A stretch of 64,000 bases of DNA from positions 4,516,409 to 4,580,408 of the forward strand of contig CAVNZM010000012.1 in NCBI GenBank assembly GCA_963693365.1. Reading direction: 5' to 3'. This stretch comes from Amoebidium appalachense (taxonomy: Eukaryota; Protista; Ichthyosporea). Shown piece after piece: positions 1-14,714 of this stretch. Position 1 is the first letter of the stretch, and every line of letters begins with the position of its first letter. The notes under the pieces were generated by a model. It did no database searches and was not told the origin of the DNA. It saw only the letters and a list, made by a program, of their open reading frames with translations. The translations under genes and the position numbers were made by a program.

Positions 1-422
1 CCATTCTCCCCCCTCCCCCCCCCTCCCCCCCCCCTACACACACACACACACACACACACACTCCGTTACCCCCTTCCTCTCCCCTGGTGTGTGGTTCAGG
101 GGAAGTAAAGGCACGAAGGGAGGGTGTATGCACGGTAGGTGTGCTCGTAGTGCAGGCATCTGCCGATGTAGGAGTTGGGTGTGTTTGTGTATGTGTGTGT
201 GTGTGCGTGTGCATGTGTGCACGTGCGTTTGTATGAGTGCGTGCATCCCAGGTGTGTGCTTGCAAGATATGTCATGCTTTTTGCTGGTAGGTACGTGCAA
301 GTCCATGTTCCCGTGAGTCTGGGGAGGGGAGGCAGGAGGGGGAGAAGAAGAGCGAGGGCCACAAAGGGAGACAGAGAGGGGGGGGGGGGGGGAGGGGGGG
401 GGGGAGGGGGTGGGGGACGCAC

Positions 423-1060
423 TCCATATGACTATCCATATCGTTGAACTTTTCGTTGATTTCTCTCAACTGCGCGTCTATGTCATCTTCCTCAATTTCC
501 GGTGTTTTTCCCTTCCCTTTTACGTCCTTTTTTCCCGTTTTTTCCTGCCGTCTTCCGGTTGCTGGTGATGCCGTGGCTTCCTTTTCATCGCCTACTCCCC
601 CCTTCTTCTTCTTGGCTTTCTTCTTTTTCTTGGGTGTTCCTGTCGGCTTGGGACTCGACACCTTTTATTTTTTATTTTTTATTTTTTTTGGGGGGGGGGG
701 GGGAGGGTGGATGGGCAGGAGGGGGGGGGGGGGGGGGAAGGGGGGAGAGAGATGGGCTCAGCCTTTGAAGCAAGGGAACAGGGAGAGGAGGAGGAGATGG
801 CTTTTTGGAGAAGGAGGGGGGGGGGGGGGAGGGGGGAGGGCACTGGGGAGAGGGGGGGGGGGGGGGGGGGAGGGGGGTTATTGTGTTAATTATTCTCTGA
901 TGATGCATAAGCCGTGGTTGGTCGAGTAGCTGGAGGCGAACGCTGGAGTCCTCGAGGAGAACAAGGGAAAAGAGGGGGCAGTGTGTGTGTGTGTGTTTTT
1001 TTTTTGGGGGGGGGGGGGGGGGGAGTATACATTATGTACAACATATATTAAGACAAAAAA

Positions 1061-1104
<44 letters not shown>

Positions 1105-2434
1105 CGTATGTGTGTATGCGTGTGCGTGTGTGTGCGTGTGTGTGTGTGTGCGCGCGCCCGTGTGTGTTTGTGGTGTGTGCATGTGTCACCTCGCTATGTC
1201 ACTTATAGATTCGACCAACAGCAGGGGGGCAAGAGCCAGAGAGAGGGAGGGAGATGGGTAGGGAGGGAAGGGGGAAAGGAGGAAGGTGGGTGAGTGTGGA
1301 TGGGTGCACGTGTGAGTGTGTGTGCCCTGTGTGTGCTCGTTCGTCTATGCTTGCACGTATACGCATGCGACGCATGCACACGTGTGCCTGTGTGTTGATT
1401 GTTTGCATTGAATGTGGCGCCACCTAACATGCGCATGTGTGTGTAATTCATGTAGAGCATATGTTCATATGCACATGCTCGCTTCCCCCACACCCACTCA
1501 CATCTGCATCCCTGGGCTTGTCCTCGCCCTCCTCCTCCTCCTCCTCGTTGTCTTCATTCCCATCATCAAGCTGCAAGAAAGAAAATTAGAGCATATGCCC
1601 CAAACTCGGAGTGGAGGAATCATCCACGATCTTCATGTGTTCCCCTGCTTGCCGGGCGAACCACTAAACTGCATTTTTTTTCTTTCTTTAACCCATCGCC
1701 ACCAGGACAAGCATGCCCAACACCCAAGTCCTCCCTCCCTTCCCCCTCCCGGCCCACACACATACACACACATACACACACTCACACACACACGCCCAAG
1801 CATACACACAACTCTCTGTGTGTACGCGTTTTCTCTCCCCTCCCTCTCCCTCTCACTCTCCCTCTCCCCCCCCCCCCCCCCCCCCCTCTCCCCCCTCTCC
1901 TCCCTCCCCGGCCCCCCCCCACCCCTCCCCCGTCTCACGAACTCTCACATGCCCCCCCTCGCCCCCCCTCCTCCCCCCCTCACGCACACACACACGCACA
2001 CCACACACACTCTTTCTCTGTTTGTGTTCTCTTTCTCCCCCTTCCCCTCCCTCCCTCCCTCCCTTCCCTTCCCCAGCCTCTCTCTCGCTTGCTCTCTCTC
2101 TCTCTCCCACCACCTCCCTCCGGTGTCACGTAATCCCTCTCTTTCGTTCAACAAGCACATGCAAGCACAGACGTGTATCCTCCGCTCCAAAACCTTGACT
2201 ACCGTTCGAGGCTCTCACGCAAGCACACGCACACACGCACACACGCACACACGCACACACGCACACACGCACACGCACGCATGACAAGCACATTGCACTG
2301 ACCATTGCAAACATGTTGACAGGCCCCTTCTTTGGTCTGCTCACAACCTCCTCCTCCTCCTCCTCCTCCGACGGGAGCTCGAAGTCTTTCAGCTTCTGGT
2401 TTGCAACTGCATTCTTAAACGCCCGGGAAGACAT
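423..2434 (-). CDS. TCF25: 5' exons of a probable TCF25/Rqc1-like protein; gene continues off the left edge
   Basis: Exon 2434-2303 reads [44 protein letters not shown] (donor gtcagt). Exon 1570-1502 reads [23 protein letters not shown]. Exon 661-423 reads [20 protein letters not shown]...[16 protein letters not shown]. The order MSSRA start, NxFxM, acidic tract, poly-Lys, DDID is typical of Rqc1/TCF25 N-termini. The conserved domain lies outside the window, and micro-exons near 910-955 or 1190-1205 are unresolved. Confidence 0.55.
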
Positions 2435-2544
2435 TCTCCCTTGAGAGCTATAGAGGTATCTCTCTTCCAAGCAAAAGCTTCGAACGGTGACTGAAATGTC
2501 ATGAAGGCAGCGGCCGCGGGAGGCAGCGCTGGGTCTGTGTGTGG

Positions 2545-3428
2545 GGCCCGGGTACCATATCAGGAGCGGGCAATTTTTGAATTCTCCCTCCCCGGCCCCG
2601 CCGGGGAAAATTTGAGGTTTTTGGACCTCAAAGAAGTCAAATCCTGCAAAATCCACTACCGGGAGGCCAAAAAGGGTGATTTTACAAAAAAGGAGGGACA
2701 TACATGAAAAAGAGAAAATGGGCGAGTTCAGTGGGCTGCCGATAAGTATATTTCGTGCTGGGCCGGTATACATGCTGCCGTGGTTGTTGCTGTAGACGGC
2801 AGTATGGCATCGCATGTGTCACGTGACCTGCACGTGAATGCGACCATGTGCAGGCACTGAGTCTAGGGGGATTTGTATGTGTGTTTTGGAGCACCGACAA
2901 GGCAGAGCCAGGGTGAGGGATGTGTAAACATGGAGTTTAGGGAGATCGTGCTGCTATTGTAACATGTGCACAAAACAGCCACGTGCACCGGCACACTCCG
3001 GTGTACAGAACAATAATATGCACATGCGTCACTGTAATATCATGTATGCGCATGCCGCACAAGGTTTAGGAGACCACCACAGTATATACTATTTTCTTTT
3101 GGTTGATATCCATGTAGGAATGGTGTGTTGCAGTTGTCATGATCAGCCTGAGGCAGGCACGTGCACTCACTGAATCACTAGAACTCATGAATAAAAAATA
3201 CATTCGCTAAAAACGGCAAGGTAAATTTGGGGCCAAGCTATTATTTCCCCCTTTTAAACGTTTTTTTAGCTCCAAGAACTTCGACGCCAAAATTTCTATA
3301 TTTGGCCATCGTATATGATAATGAACACGTGTACTTAAATTAAAGTAGTTATATAAATATGAGCGGCCCGTTACAAATACAGTGACGAAAAACAGTGACC
3401 CACGAGCAGTTTTTCTTTCTATCCCCCC

Positions 3429-3473
<45 letters not shown>

Positions 3474-3764
3474 CAGACACACACACCACCACCACGGTGA
3501 CCACCACCACCACCACCACCACCACTCACCCCTTAAAAAAACCACACACATACGTGCACGTGTACACACACACACAGAACACCACCACCACCTCCACTGG
3601 ACCCCATTTCCTCGTTGTTTTCTTAAGCCTTCAGACCAGTCCTGCACACTGGAGTTAAACAATTGAATTCACCTAGGCTGACATGCATCCACCCCCGCCT
3701 TCCACTTCCCCCCTCCCCCCACCCCCTCCCCCCACCCCCCCACCCCCACCCCCTCCCCCTCGAT
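2545..3764 (+). repeat. Left copy of a near-identical direct repeat of at least 1.2 kb (right copy 62768-64000)
   Basis: Sequence from ggcccgggtaccatatcagg matches 62768 onward base for base, apart from homopolymer and microsatellite lengths. Identical ORFs appear at 2682/62905 and 2964/63187. Confidence 0.97.
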
Positions 3765-5044
3765 GAAGAAGGGCCCCCGTAAGCCTTGGGGGGGGGGGGG
3801 GGGGGGGGGAAGGGGAAGGGGGAGCTCTTGAGCCTCCGGGTAGGGAAGTGGGGTCCGGGGATCCGGAGAGGAGGGGGGGGGGGGGGGGGGAAGGGGCATA
3901 TAATATTGGGCCTAGATATCATAGTATGGGGCCCCGGGGGAGGGAGAGGTGGGGGGGGAGGGGGGAGGATCCACGGGAAAGACCTTTAGGTGCATGTTCT
4001 TATTTATACCCCCTTCGAATCATCCCCCCTCTCCCCCCCCCCTCCCCCCCCCTGAGTGCAGGCCGTGACGTAGCTACGATAACCCTGCAGAAGGCAACAA
4101 AAATGTATTAATTACTAGCACTATACATGTGTTCATAGTGCAGCTTGCACCACGTATGATCTCAGCAACTTTAAAGTAGTCACAAAGTTTAGTTATTTTC
4201 ATTATTTTCATTGCTCTGAACTCTATTACTCTGAAATGATCACCGTGCATGTGCCGCAAGATAACAACCCTATATGTGTGCAGCTGCTGCCTGCAGGTTA
4301 GACTCGCTGAAAAGACAATTGTCAGTGTGCATCCGACGCTTGCAGCTGCAGCTAGCCTCTGCAACATTAATACTTGCCAAGTGAATGCTCTTACACTTGA
4401 TCATCATTCACTCAAAAAACCGAGGACCGACAGATTAAATATTAATGTCGATCCGAATGATCAGCAAGTGTCTATGCGTACTACTATATATACACACACG
4501 TAAAATGCGAAGCTATCAGTTACAAGGCACACCTGCTGCACTGGTGTGTGGTGTGACTCGCTGACAGAGATGTCGAGCGGGGTGCTCCAAGTCTTCGTGC
4601 GATCCGATTGAATTAATCGGAATCGATCGGTGAACTACTGAAGAATATCACCACTTCACTATTTGCTGAATATCAAAAAGTATGATATTTTCTATACACT
4701 TTACTCTTACATGGCTAATACCTTAGCAGTTGTTGACGCCCGTATCTGAGCTCAGATATGCAGCTTTAGATTGACAGTCCTACAGTAGTATATTCGTTTT
4801 GTTTCTAAGTATATCTCGTTGGATATCCAGTAAAGCTTTCTCACCGACTATCTGAATAGGGCGGAATACGTCCACAAGAATACACCACAACAAAGTTCTT
4901 TCCCAGTTCCTGGGTTGGAAATTTTTTAGCTTTTCAGCTTTTCCAAGGCCTACTGTGTGTATGCATGTGAAGGCATTCTAAATACTAGTACATGTGTATA
5001 TCTTGGATGTCACTGAAGTTCATGACGGGGCTACCACAAAGTCA

Positions 5045-5370
5045 TCCTGCTCTGAGAACTATTCTGCTGAATCCAGAATTATTCTGCTAGAAGTAGAATT
5101 TAGTCTGCTTGTAGCAAGTTTTTCTGCTGCCGTGAGTAGAATAATGCTGCTCTTTGTGGAATGATTGTGCAGAAATCAGAATGATTCTGCTAAAAGCAAC
5201 GTGATTCTGCTAAATTTATGCAAAGCAATTCTGCTTTTGCAGAATAATTCTGAAGTTTGCAGAATGATTCAGACTGCTTTTTGCAGAATAATTCTGGCTT
5301 CACAGAATATTCTGCCTTTAGCAGGGTGATTCTGATTTAGCCAGCTGCTTTTAGCAGAAAAATTCTGCTC
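5045..5370. repeat. Array of degenerate palindromic GCAGAATNATTCTGC motifs with roughly 20-22 bp spacing
   Basis: Repeated units include cagaattattctgc, cagaatgattctgc, gcagaataattctg, cagaatattctgc and gcagaaaaattctgc. Confidence 0.8.
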
Positions 5371-5492
5371 CTGAGGTTGACTCTGCCGATGTGGTTGGGC
5401 CCTTTCGTGCAGAGCCCACCCATACGTATATTGCACTTTTATATCACACAACACGCATGCACACACACACGCGGGCGCACGTGTGTTGTGTG

Positions 5493-5564
<72 letters not shown>

Positions 5565-6495
5565 CGGCGTTTCACCTCGAGTTCAACAGCTTTAAAATAT
5601 TCGGGAAATTGATTTGCATGGCGTATATCTGCTATTTATTCTCGTTGGCATCAAAGAACACCAGCACACACGCACACGCGCGCAGCACACACACACACAC
5701 ACACACACGTCCACAACAGCAACAAGCTACTTAAAGTTTGAAATATTCAGGAATTGGATTTGCATGGGATATACTATCCCCTATTTATTTTCGTATTTAT
5801 CTTCGCAACAAGTTCAAGATTATCTTATCTTCGTCACGGGTTCTCTTTCAACTCAGAAGTACATGTCACGGGCAACCAGTGCCTCTCTACAGTACAACCT
5901 TTGCCCCTCAGGTCTGCACACATCGTCATGTCACATAACCATTGCAGAAGGCAGTCAATTCGACTTTTAAAACATTATCAGCAGTTATTCAATTCAAACG
6001 CTCCAGGACTTCTAATATTAATGAAATTCGGGGAAGGGAAGAGTGCCTCATGCATGTGGTGAACGATCTACATGGAGGATGCACCCCTGTACATTCGAAT
6101 ACGAGCCTAAAAGAAAACCGCAAGCTATTACTTTTAAAAACACAATAATTGCCTTTGAATCACTACTGCTCCCCCTTTCTGAGCCGCCCGGCGCAAAGTC
6201 ACTCTCAATGTGACTTGTGCCTAAAAGCGAAATCTCTACTTAGCGGCACACCAGCTTTCTACACCGGTTTCCGAGTCATCTCCGAGATCGACAACAGCAG
6301 TTCAAATTTCACGTTACCGGCCATCACTAAAGAAAACAGATCGCCAAAAACACCCATCTACTACTACTGTAACAACTTTTACATGCATCATCTGTATCTA
6401 CGTCGCACCGAAAATTCATTTTTTTAAAAAAAGGCAGACAAACAACAGCAACACTCTATTGAATCAACAACACCCTCAGCATCGATATCAAACTT

Positions 6496-7679
6496 TCAAA
6501 ACGGCCGCCACAGCGTCGATTGGTTCGACTCGTAATGCATTTGGTCCATCATCTCCGCCGCCTGCATCGCGTTGACCTGTTCCCATTGGCTCCTTGTGTA
6601 CGCGCTGGCTGGATGGGAATGCGATCTGGAATGCGAGACCGAATGATTGTATTCGTAGTCGTATTCGCAGTATTCGCTGCCATCCGAGTGGCGCTCATCA
6701 AAGTCCATTTCCATTTCCACGGGAAGCGACATCCTTGTGGGAAGGGCGCTGACCGTGTGGCTACGACGGCGGGAGGACCACAGTGATTGGCTGCTTTGCG
6801 GCTCAGGAATGTTTTGCGTGCTGTGCCTCCACATTCGCACTTCGGCCGTCTGGTTGAGCGCTGTCCATGCCGAGCTGTAAGGAACGCGGTAAGTTAGAAC
6901 CAGTGACTTGAATGCTACATTATACAGCACCCTGCCCTCTACGGACTCAAGCAGGCCTCCCAGGCATGGTACGAGTTCTTCAACTCCATCCTTGGTGCCC
7001 ACGGCCTCGCAACCCATATTGCCAGTGCACAATTGTGATTGAGCAGGCTGCATTTCACTATTTCTTCGGCCTTTTGGCTGGTTTTAAAGAGACAAGGCAA
7101 GTAGAATGGTCTAAGTGAATAGAAACGAAAGGTACGGGTACGTGTGCAGAGAGCACCTAAAATGGAGATTTGACAGAGGAAATATTGATTGGGGGGAGGA
7201 GGAAGGGGGGGGAGGGGGGGGGGATCAACATACTCTGGGTCGACATATTTGTCGTCACGGCTGAGGTTCGGGCTGTCGCAATAGCGGCTCTTTGTGTGAC
7301 ACTTTGAGTCAACGTTCCTGGGGCTGTCATAGTATTGCTTCTTTGAGTCGTAGTTTGACGAAAAGCTCAGCTGAGGAGAGTAAAGCGGCTCCTCATGATA
7401 AGTGTTTCTATGATCGGACTGCGGCTTGTGTCCCAAGAAATCATACTGGTTTCGTAGTTGATCCGTGCGTGCATCGAAATCATTTCGCGAACTAAGGCTA
7501 CTACGCGGGCTTGATGACCAACCGCCTTTGATTGCGCGAAGTAGATTGTAGCTACCGCGAAAATGTTCGCTCAGGGGCGAGCCGGTGACGTGGAGGGCCA
7601 TGGTTCCCGTTGAGTGTGCTGCTGCTTGCGTCGGTGTGCATGGAACCACGAACCTGTGATAGGAACATGTCTTAGCCAT
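6496..7679 (-). CDS. Orphan Ser-rich hypothetical protein, 3-exon model
   Basis: Exons 7679(or 7601)-7234, 7110-6943 and 6874-6496 join in phase. Donors are gtatgt and gtagag, acceptors cacttag and ccttacag, with a ttctaac branch-like site. The model links ORFs 6939..7679 and 6496..7053. No recognisable domain. Confidence 0.4.
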
Positions 7680-9316
7680 AACGCGTATTTCTTCTTGGCC
7701 AGAACTATGTGCTTTAATCTGTTATTGAAGAATAAAGGTCGACGTTCTGTGGGCGGAAATGCTTATATGTATGTAGGACCGAGGATTAGACAAGTGAGGA
7801 GGTGACAAAAAAATGGGTAAAAGAACATTCCGAACAGTGAGCGTGTTTCAGGTATTAAAAAAAAAAAAGGTTCTCAGGGATGAGCTTCGAGGATGAATTA
7901 CCTTTCAACGTACTGCTTGTGAGTGGCTGCACGATACTTGATGTTCGAAGAGTTGGCCCCGTGCCTGTCTGAATGCATTTGCCTGTGTGGATTTTGCATT
8001 AGCAACTCTTAAATATATCGAACACGGACACGCTGCGCTTTGCAACTAAATAGAGGAGAAAAATACAGAATGAGAAAGAGCTAGCTTTGGCAAACAACTT
8101 GAACAGCCAATAAACACACTGATCTTGCACAAACATATCCTGTTAGAGAACATGACAAACACTTGAGCCTCGTGCGAAGTGGCAAAACCATTCGAGCACA
8201 GGCCATGGCTACAACGTAAAGGTTGTTTTTCAGCAGGAGGAGGAGTCCAAAACTCACCATACATGCTGCTCAATGTTGTTTCGCTTGGTCGGCTTGCACC
8301 CGTTACACAGGCTGCACACATATTTGTTCTTCATTATGTGGGAGTCCGACAGGCTACGCCCAGACGTTGTGAGAGGCATGGGTGTGTTGATAAAAAGCTA
8401 TGGAGCGGGTGGTGTTGATAACGTTGTCGAGCACCGTGGTGGGCAAATTATAAGTGGTAGAAAGTGGCAAGAGCAGTCTGACACGCTCAACGATTTCTCT
8501 CCAGGGAAAAAATATCAAAAAAATTGCAAGTGTCGAACTCCACTCGGGTTCGAACTTATCATAAACTCAAAGCTGGAGGGTACACGAGAGAATCTATCTG
8601 CAGCTATAAATCTCGTAGCCACGCTCTAAAGTGTAACTGTGTAAGGCTGTTTGTCTAACCGAGTTGCCAGGTGCCGATGGCTGCCGTCAAATTTGTTCGT
8701 CGTGCAAAAGTGTAGCCAGAAGCTCAAAATCGCGAAAAGGCGCCCACGAAAGGGTGATTCACTCACGGTTGCTGCACTAGAAACGCGTGCAGCACATGTA
8801 TATTCTCGACCGATGTCCAAAAAAAAAAAAGTAAGTGCGAATACGTTTCTCGTTCTGCGTACGCTGAAGCTTTCGCTTTTTACAAAACGACACGTGTAGT
8901 ATGAGTAGTGGAGCATAGGGAGCCAGGCTGAAACTGAGCAGCTCACACGAATGGGGTGGGCTGAAAAACGTGTGCCAGTAAGCATTCCCACGGACGGAGT
9001 GCCCGTACATATGATCGTTAAGACCGCAAACAAGATGCTTAGCATGACGACACGTGCGCCCCAGCTAGCAGCCTTTCAAAGACCATGTAAGTTGCTTGAT
9101 AACTGTAGCAGCTTCAATTGAATATGGAAGAGTTTGGTAATGGAATAAAAATATTTTTGACTATAGTATAACCAGAAGAAGAACAAGTCTTCGATATGTA
9201 TAGTCGTCCATGTGACGTCACATCGATATACCGTTTACATTTTTTGTAATCTAATCCCCGGATGTTAAACCGCCACTTGGCACAGCTGCGGTATGACGCT
9301 CTTTTATCACTCTGGC

Positions 9317-9576
9317 CAGGCCCGACCATAAGTCCATTCGGAGCCTCCAAATTACCATCGAAATTTGGAAAGTACCATCGGATTCCGGACCTAGGGTACG
9401 GTCCCAAAAATCGGATGGTACCGGATGGTCCCGGGGGGATATATGGATACTACCATATCATATGTAAAAAATGCATATCCCAACATTTCGATGGTACGGA
9501 AAGTACCATCCGATTTTGCCAAAATTAGATCCGGGTTTTGAAAGTACCATCCGAAAAATCTGAATTTTCGGGCCTG
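9317..9576. mobile_element. Non-autonomous hAT-type MITE (260 bp)
   Basis: Terminal inverted repeats CAGGCCCGA...TCGGGCCTG. Flanks actctggc (9309-9316) and actttggc (9577-9584) form an 8-bp TSD with one mismatch. Internal GTACCATC/GATGGTAC repeats occur in both orientations. Confidence 0.8.
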
Positions 9577-11066
9577 ACTTTGGCTGACAAGGTGATTTTC
9601 AGGTTTGATCTATCTTTCCAAATTACAAATTAATGAAAAGACAAAACAAAATATATTCGAACATTAGTAGCGAGCAAATTTTTGTTTCAATGGCTCATTA
9701 TAACTTAAGTGCACATATATCCTCCTGTTGTTAGCAGTACGCAAGATTGGTTTTCCATGTCCAGCTCATAAGCATGCTTTCATATGTCGCTAAGATTATA
9801 ACAACGACCCAGTTATTCGTTATTCGGAATTTATCAATTTGCGGGGTTCAATTCAGAAACGTAAACATTCCATTTTGGGATATAAAAGCGCCAGTGAGCT
9901 GTAATGCATCTGATTGGCTTATGTACGTAGCTGGCATTTCAGGAATTCGGTTGGTAAAAGAAAGCGATAAGATCTAATCGCATCCGGAATCCTTCTAGGG
10001 CCTTATGAAAAGATAGTTTTATATTTTTTATAATGACTTATTGATATGCTCAGCAAAATAGAAGCCATCGAGATATCACCGATATCTCGGAGAAGAAGAT
10101 ACAAAGCCCTCACTCTCGGATACGGAGGAGATAACGACTTAAATAATCATACACGCTAGAAAACTTTTTTTTTCTTTTCTTTTGACTGAAAACTCATTAA
10201 ACATACTGTGGTTCAAACAGATAGTCAATAGACGTAATATCAGGATTATCTAAATAAGCCAGTCTTCTAATTTCTAACGGAAAAGATCCCGTGTATCTAG
10301 GTGATATCCAGGGGCAGGTTGGATACCAGATATATCTGGTAATAATCAGGGCACCCCCGAGATCTATCCGGTGATATTCTGGGGGGGGTGCAAAAATCGA
10401 TATATCAAAATGGATCTCTGAAGAGGTGATATATCCTGCGCTCAGAGGGGGATATATCACGTCCACCTAGCGGGTATTATAGGAGTTATCTATATGTGTG
10501 GTGGGGTTTCCACTAGGGAGTTTTGCCGCCAAAGGCTGCCAATCAAGCAAGAGGTAAACAAGCCAAAAGAAGTAATGAATGTTACAATAGCCATATTTGG
10601 GCAGTTGGATTTCACATCGAACCAATGTGCCAAGCTGCCGCCACATACAATACGCCTACTACCAATTACTCGAGTTCCCGCCCCAGACAGGCGGTTTTGA
10701 CAGTTGACACACGTGCAACTTCTTTTCATCGGTATAAAGAGTGGTTTTTGGGCTTTCTCGGTCAGTTCTCCCACTTCAGACACGTTTACTTTTTGTGAAA
10801 CCAAGCGTTCTTAACCACGCGCAGTCATGTCTGCCGCCGCCTTCTCTAGGGCAGCCATTATCGGCACTGGCGAGAGTGCCCCCGTCGAGTCCAACATGCA
10901 GATGGACACCGGTACCAGTGTTGTGCCTGAAACTGTCGTTGTTCCTGAAGTAACCCAGCAAGCCGCGGCCCGGGCCCAACTCAACGCGTTGTTCGCCTCC
11001 CAGTCGGCCAATTTGCCCAAGGGTGCAGCCATCGAACGGGCACGCAAGATGCAGACGAAAAAGCCG

Positions 11067-11207
<141 letters not shown>

Positions 11208-11836
11208 CGTGCGCACACGTGTATTCGCCTTAGATATTCAGGTGATAAGCTTAGTCAGTAAGTTGTCTGGACTGGATACTTGGGCAGGGAACAAATAGGA
11301 TACTTTTGATATATCTTTTGATATTCAGGGAGGTTTTCGGGATATGTTGAGATGATACTCAGGGCATCCGCGAAAAAAAAAAAAAACGGGATAATCTGGG
11401 GCCTTTGCGATATTTTCGTGATATATCCAGGTTGATACTCAGGGCGAAAAACAAGATATTTTCAATAACTTACCTAATTCCTTCTTGGCCATTTTATGTG
11501 GTGCACTAGGTAGAACTTTCCATGATGTCATGAGCGAGCTCGAGTGTGTTGGTTCTAAAAATTTGTCATTTTCATGTTGACCGACGTGCACATGTTCTTG
11601 ACTCTCCACATGTTTTTAACACAACCACTATTACATATGTATACATCTTGACACAGATTTGATTTAGCGGCTCTTTACTGCCAGCCACTGACCATGAAGC
11701 GATCTGCGCCAAAGTCTGCGAATAACTTGTCGATGGCTGGGGGGGGCATGCGTATGCCAGCCAAGGATGTACGTGGATTTAAACCAAGTGCACGCCCCCC
11801 CCCCTCCCCCCCCCCCCCCCCCCCCCCCCCCCTCCT

Positions 11837-11871
<35 letters not shown>

Positions 11872-14114
11872 TCTCCCCCACGTATATACACTAACAAATA
11901 GTTCAATTTCCATTACCACTGGGTCGGAATACTGTCTTTGAAGCGGGCAGGCCTTTGGCGTTTGTTGTTTGTCGGCACGTGCGCATCATGTCGCAGATCA
12001 TTCATTCGATAGAAAGGCACGTACCCGCGGCGGCTCAGCCGCTGTGAGCCAGTCAATGCTGGCTCGTGCACATGTGACTCACGTGAGTCGTGACTCGTGA
12101 CTCGTGTCGCCATCGCCGATGATAACCCTGGGCCCTCCCCCGTACATGTGCACGAAAGGGGCGCGCGTGCGTTCAAGCACCACGTGCATCACGCATAATA
12201 TTATATTTTTATTATTCCTCTCTCGGTAGTAAATTGGAAACTTTCATGACGATTGTTTTTATTCACGTTTTAGCACCAGACTGTACGTATTCGCACGAGT
12301 GCATGTACATGTCAAGAGTTCGATATGGCTATCAAGCTGGCATTCTTCTCAAGTTCATGGAATGTGGCCAGGTGGCCTGCGCGACGGCTGTGACAAGCAT
12401 GGCAAACAGCCTGAGGCTGTATGCACGAGCCGGTTCAAAAATAGCATGTCAGTGCCGGAGAGCCTACTACACTTACTTTCCTTTGCTTTAATTCTGTTGC
12501 AAAAAATTATATGTTACTATCTATTAGCTTAAAGCTTTATTTTAAGTGCTACGAGAATTCTCCTTCCCATTACTTTCTGCACCGGTGGTATCACGGTACC
12601 TCGCTATATATATGTATTATAAACTTCTATGGCCATCTACTGCAGACTACAACAAGTTGTAGGTGATGATTGGCTCCCTGTACTCAGCCGTTCGGCAGGA
12701 AAAAGTCGGAGGGGACAATGAAACTCGGAGGGGAAAACTCGGGAAGCGCTGCGATTGTCTCCCACGGCTTGCAAGCAGTGATTTCCTTGCAAAGACTGTG
12801 AGTCCTCACCCATTTTGCACCGGGCTCTCACCTGAGGACTTCAGGCCGCTATTGCTCTTTCAGCCTACGTACGGCTGCGGCACCCGGGCACTGCACCAGG
12901 GTTCCGCACACCAGGTCTCTTTCTTTGTTATTATGATTATAATAATGAATCCTCTTTGAGAAACATTGCATAGTGGGTGGGTGGGGGGTGGGTGACAGTG
13001 AGTGAGTGAGTGATCATGAGTGAGTGAGTCAGTCAGTGAGTGAGTACTAGTGTGTGTACGTGTTTTGGAAGGGGGGGGTTTGGAAGGGGGGGGGGGAGGG
13101 GGGGGGGGGGGGGGGGGGCTGGTGGGGAAGGCCGCGGGGTGGGGGAGAAGGGCTAAGGAAACAGAGGAGAGGCAAGGATGGAGGTAGGCCTCGCAATCGG
13201 AAGGACAGGGAAAGAAACTCGAAGGAGGGAGGGAGGTGTGGATGGAGGCAGGGAGGGAGGGATGGAGGCCTGAATGACCCTTCCCAGAGGGGGGGGGGGG
13301 GGGGGGGGGTCTGCTCACGGACGGAGATAAAGAAAGGGACCTGCCACAAGGTGCATTTCCTTTCTGTCAACATTAAATGTTTGGCAAGTGTACAGGTGTG
13401 TTACTTTTATGTCGACATCACTGACAGTTGGGCCACGATCACAACAGATCAGATAAACCGATTATCACATACAAAGAAAGGCCGTAAAAAAGGCCATCAA
13501 CAACTTGTTGAGGGAATATATATTCAAGGTTAAAGCTTCGACCATACATGCATTCACATCACCATGGGTCATTCGCGCCTAACGACATTAGATATTAAAT
13601 TCTGTATGTCCGACGGTATCCCCCCCCCCCCCCCCCCCCCCCCTCCCTCCTCCCCTCACATTCGTGTAGTAATAAATATATGAGCCGATCTCCCCCCCCC
13701 CCCCCCCCTCCCCCTCCGGGTTCTCTCTCTCTCTCTCTCTCCCCCCCCCCCCCCCCCCCCGGTTCCTCCCCCCCCCCCCCCCCCCCGGGCCCCGCCCCGC
13801 CCCTTCCCCCCTTTCTCCTTTCCCCCTCCTACTCCCCCAGGATCACTCAATACGAAAGGACCGGAAAAGAAGATACAAGGCAAAAACATACTCGAAAAAT
13901 GGGAAGAACACACCGCAGGGAAACATATGAACTGTTTCCAGGAGAAAGAGAGGAGTAGACATTCAAACCCTCCAAGCTGAACCGGTACGGAATTATCAGT
14001 CGTCCGAATGATCGCCCTTGTGCTCGTGGTCGTGGGAGTGCTTCTGCAAGAGGAGAAATACCCACGAGGGAAAAAACCGATTAGATGCGGTCTCTGCAAT
14101 CTAATCTATATGCC

Positions 14115-14196
<82 letters not shown>

Positions 14197-14674
14197 TAAA
14201 AAAAAAAACAAAAAAAAAAACAAGAAAAAGAAAAAAAAAGAAAAAGAAAAGAAAAGAAAAGAAACGGGAAAAGAAAAAAAAAAGGATTTGGAGTTGGAGG
14301 GAACAAAGGTCGACGGGCAGCTGCAGGGGCCCTGGTATGATGCTAGTGCATTTGAGGGTAATTATGTACCGGTATTATTATGAAATTGATAAAAACAATT
14401 AATGCATGTATCATTATTTTCTATTCAAGAATATTGCTGTAGTGAAAGCTATGTGCTTCATGAAACGAGCAGAAAACAAATATTACCTACGAGGTTCTTG
14501 GTAAAAGAACATCGTGACAACTATGAAGGTTAGTGCATAGTTGTCACAATATTCTTTTACCAAGAGCCTCGTTCCTACTTTGTGTCACCACATCCGCATA
14601 CACCAAGTGCTCACAACAACACACACTCCTGGGGATTAGCGTCCACTCAAAAGGCATCGGTAGAGTACCAAAGA

Positions 14675-14714
<40 letters not shown>

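Noticed and set aside
8000-9110. Short ORFs 8273-8629, 8626-9045 and 8651-8899
   Set aside because: No recognisable motif or convincing splice structure.
12340-14340. Possible spliced gene on + (fragments at 12663-12797, 13428-13528, 13841-13984, 14285-14334)
   Set aside because: Splice-like signals exist, but I could not assemble a stop-free, phase-consistent model or recognise a domain.
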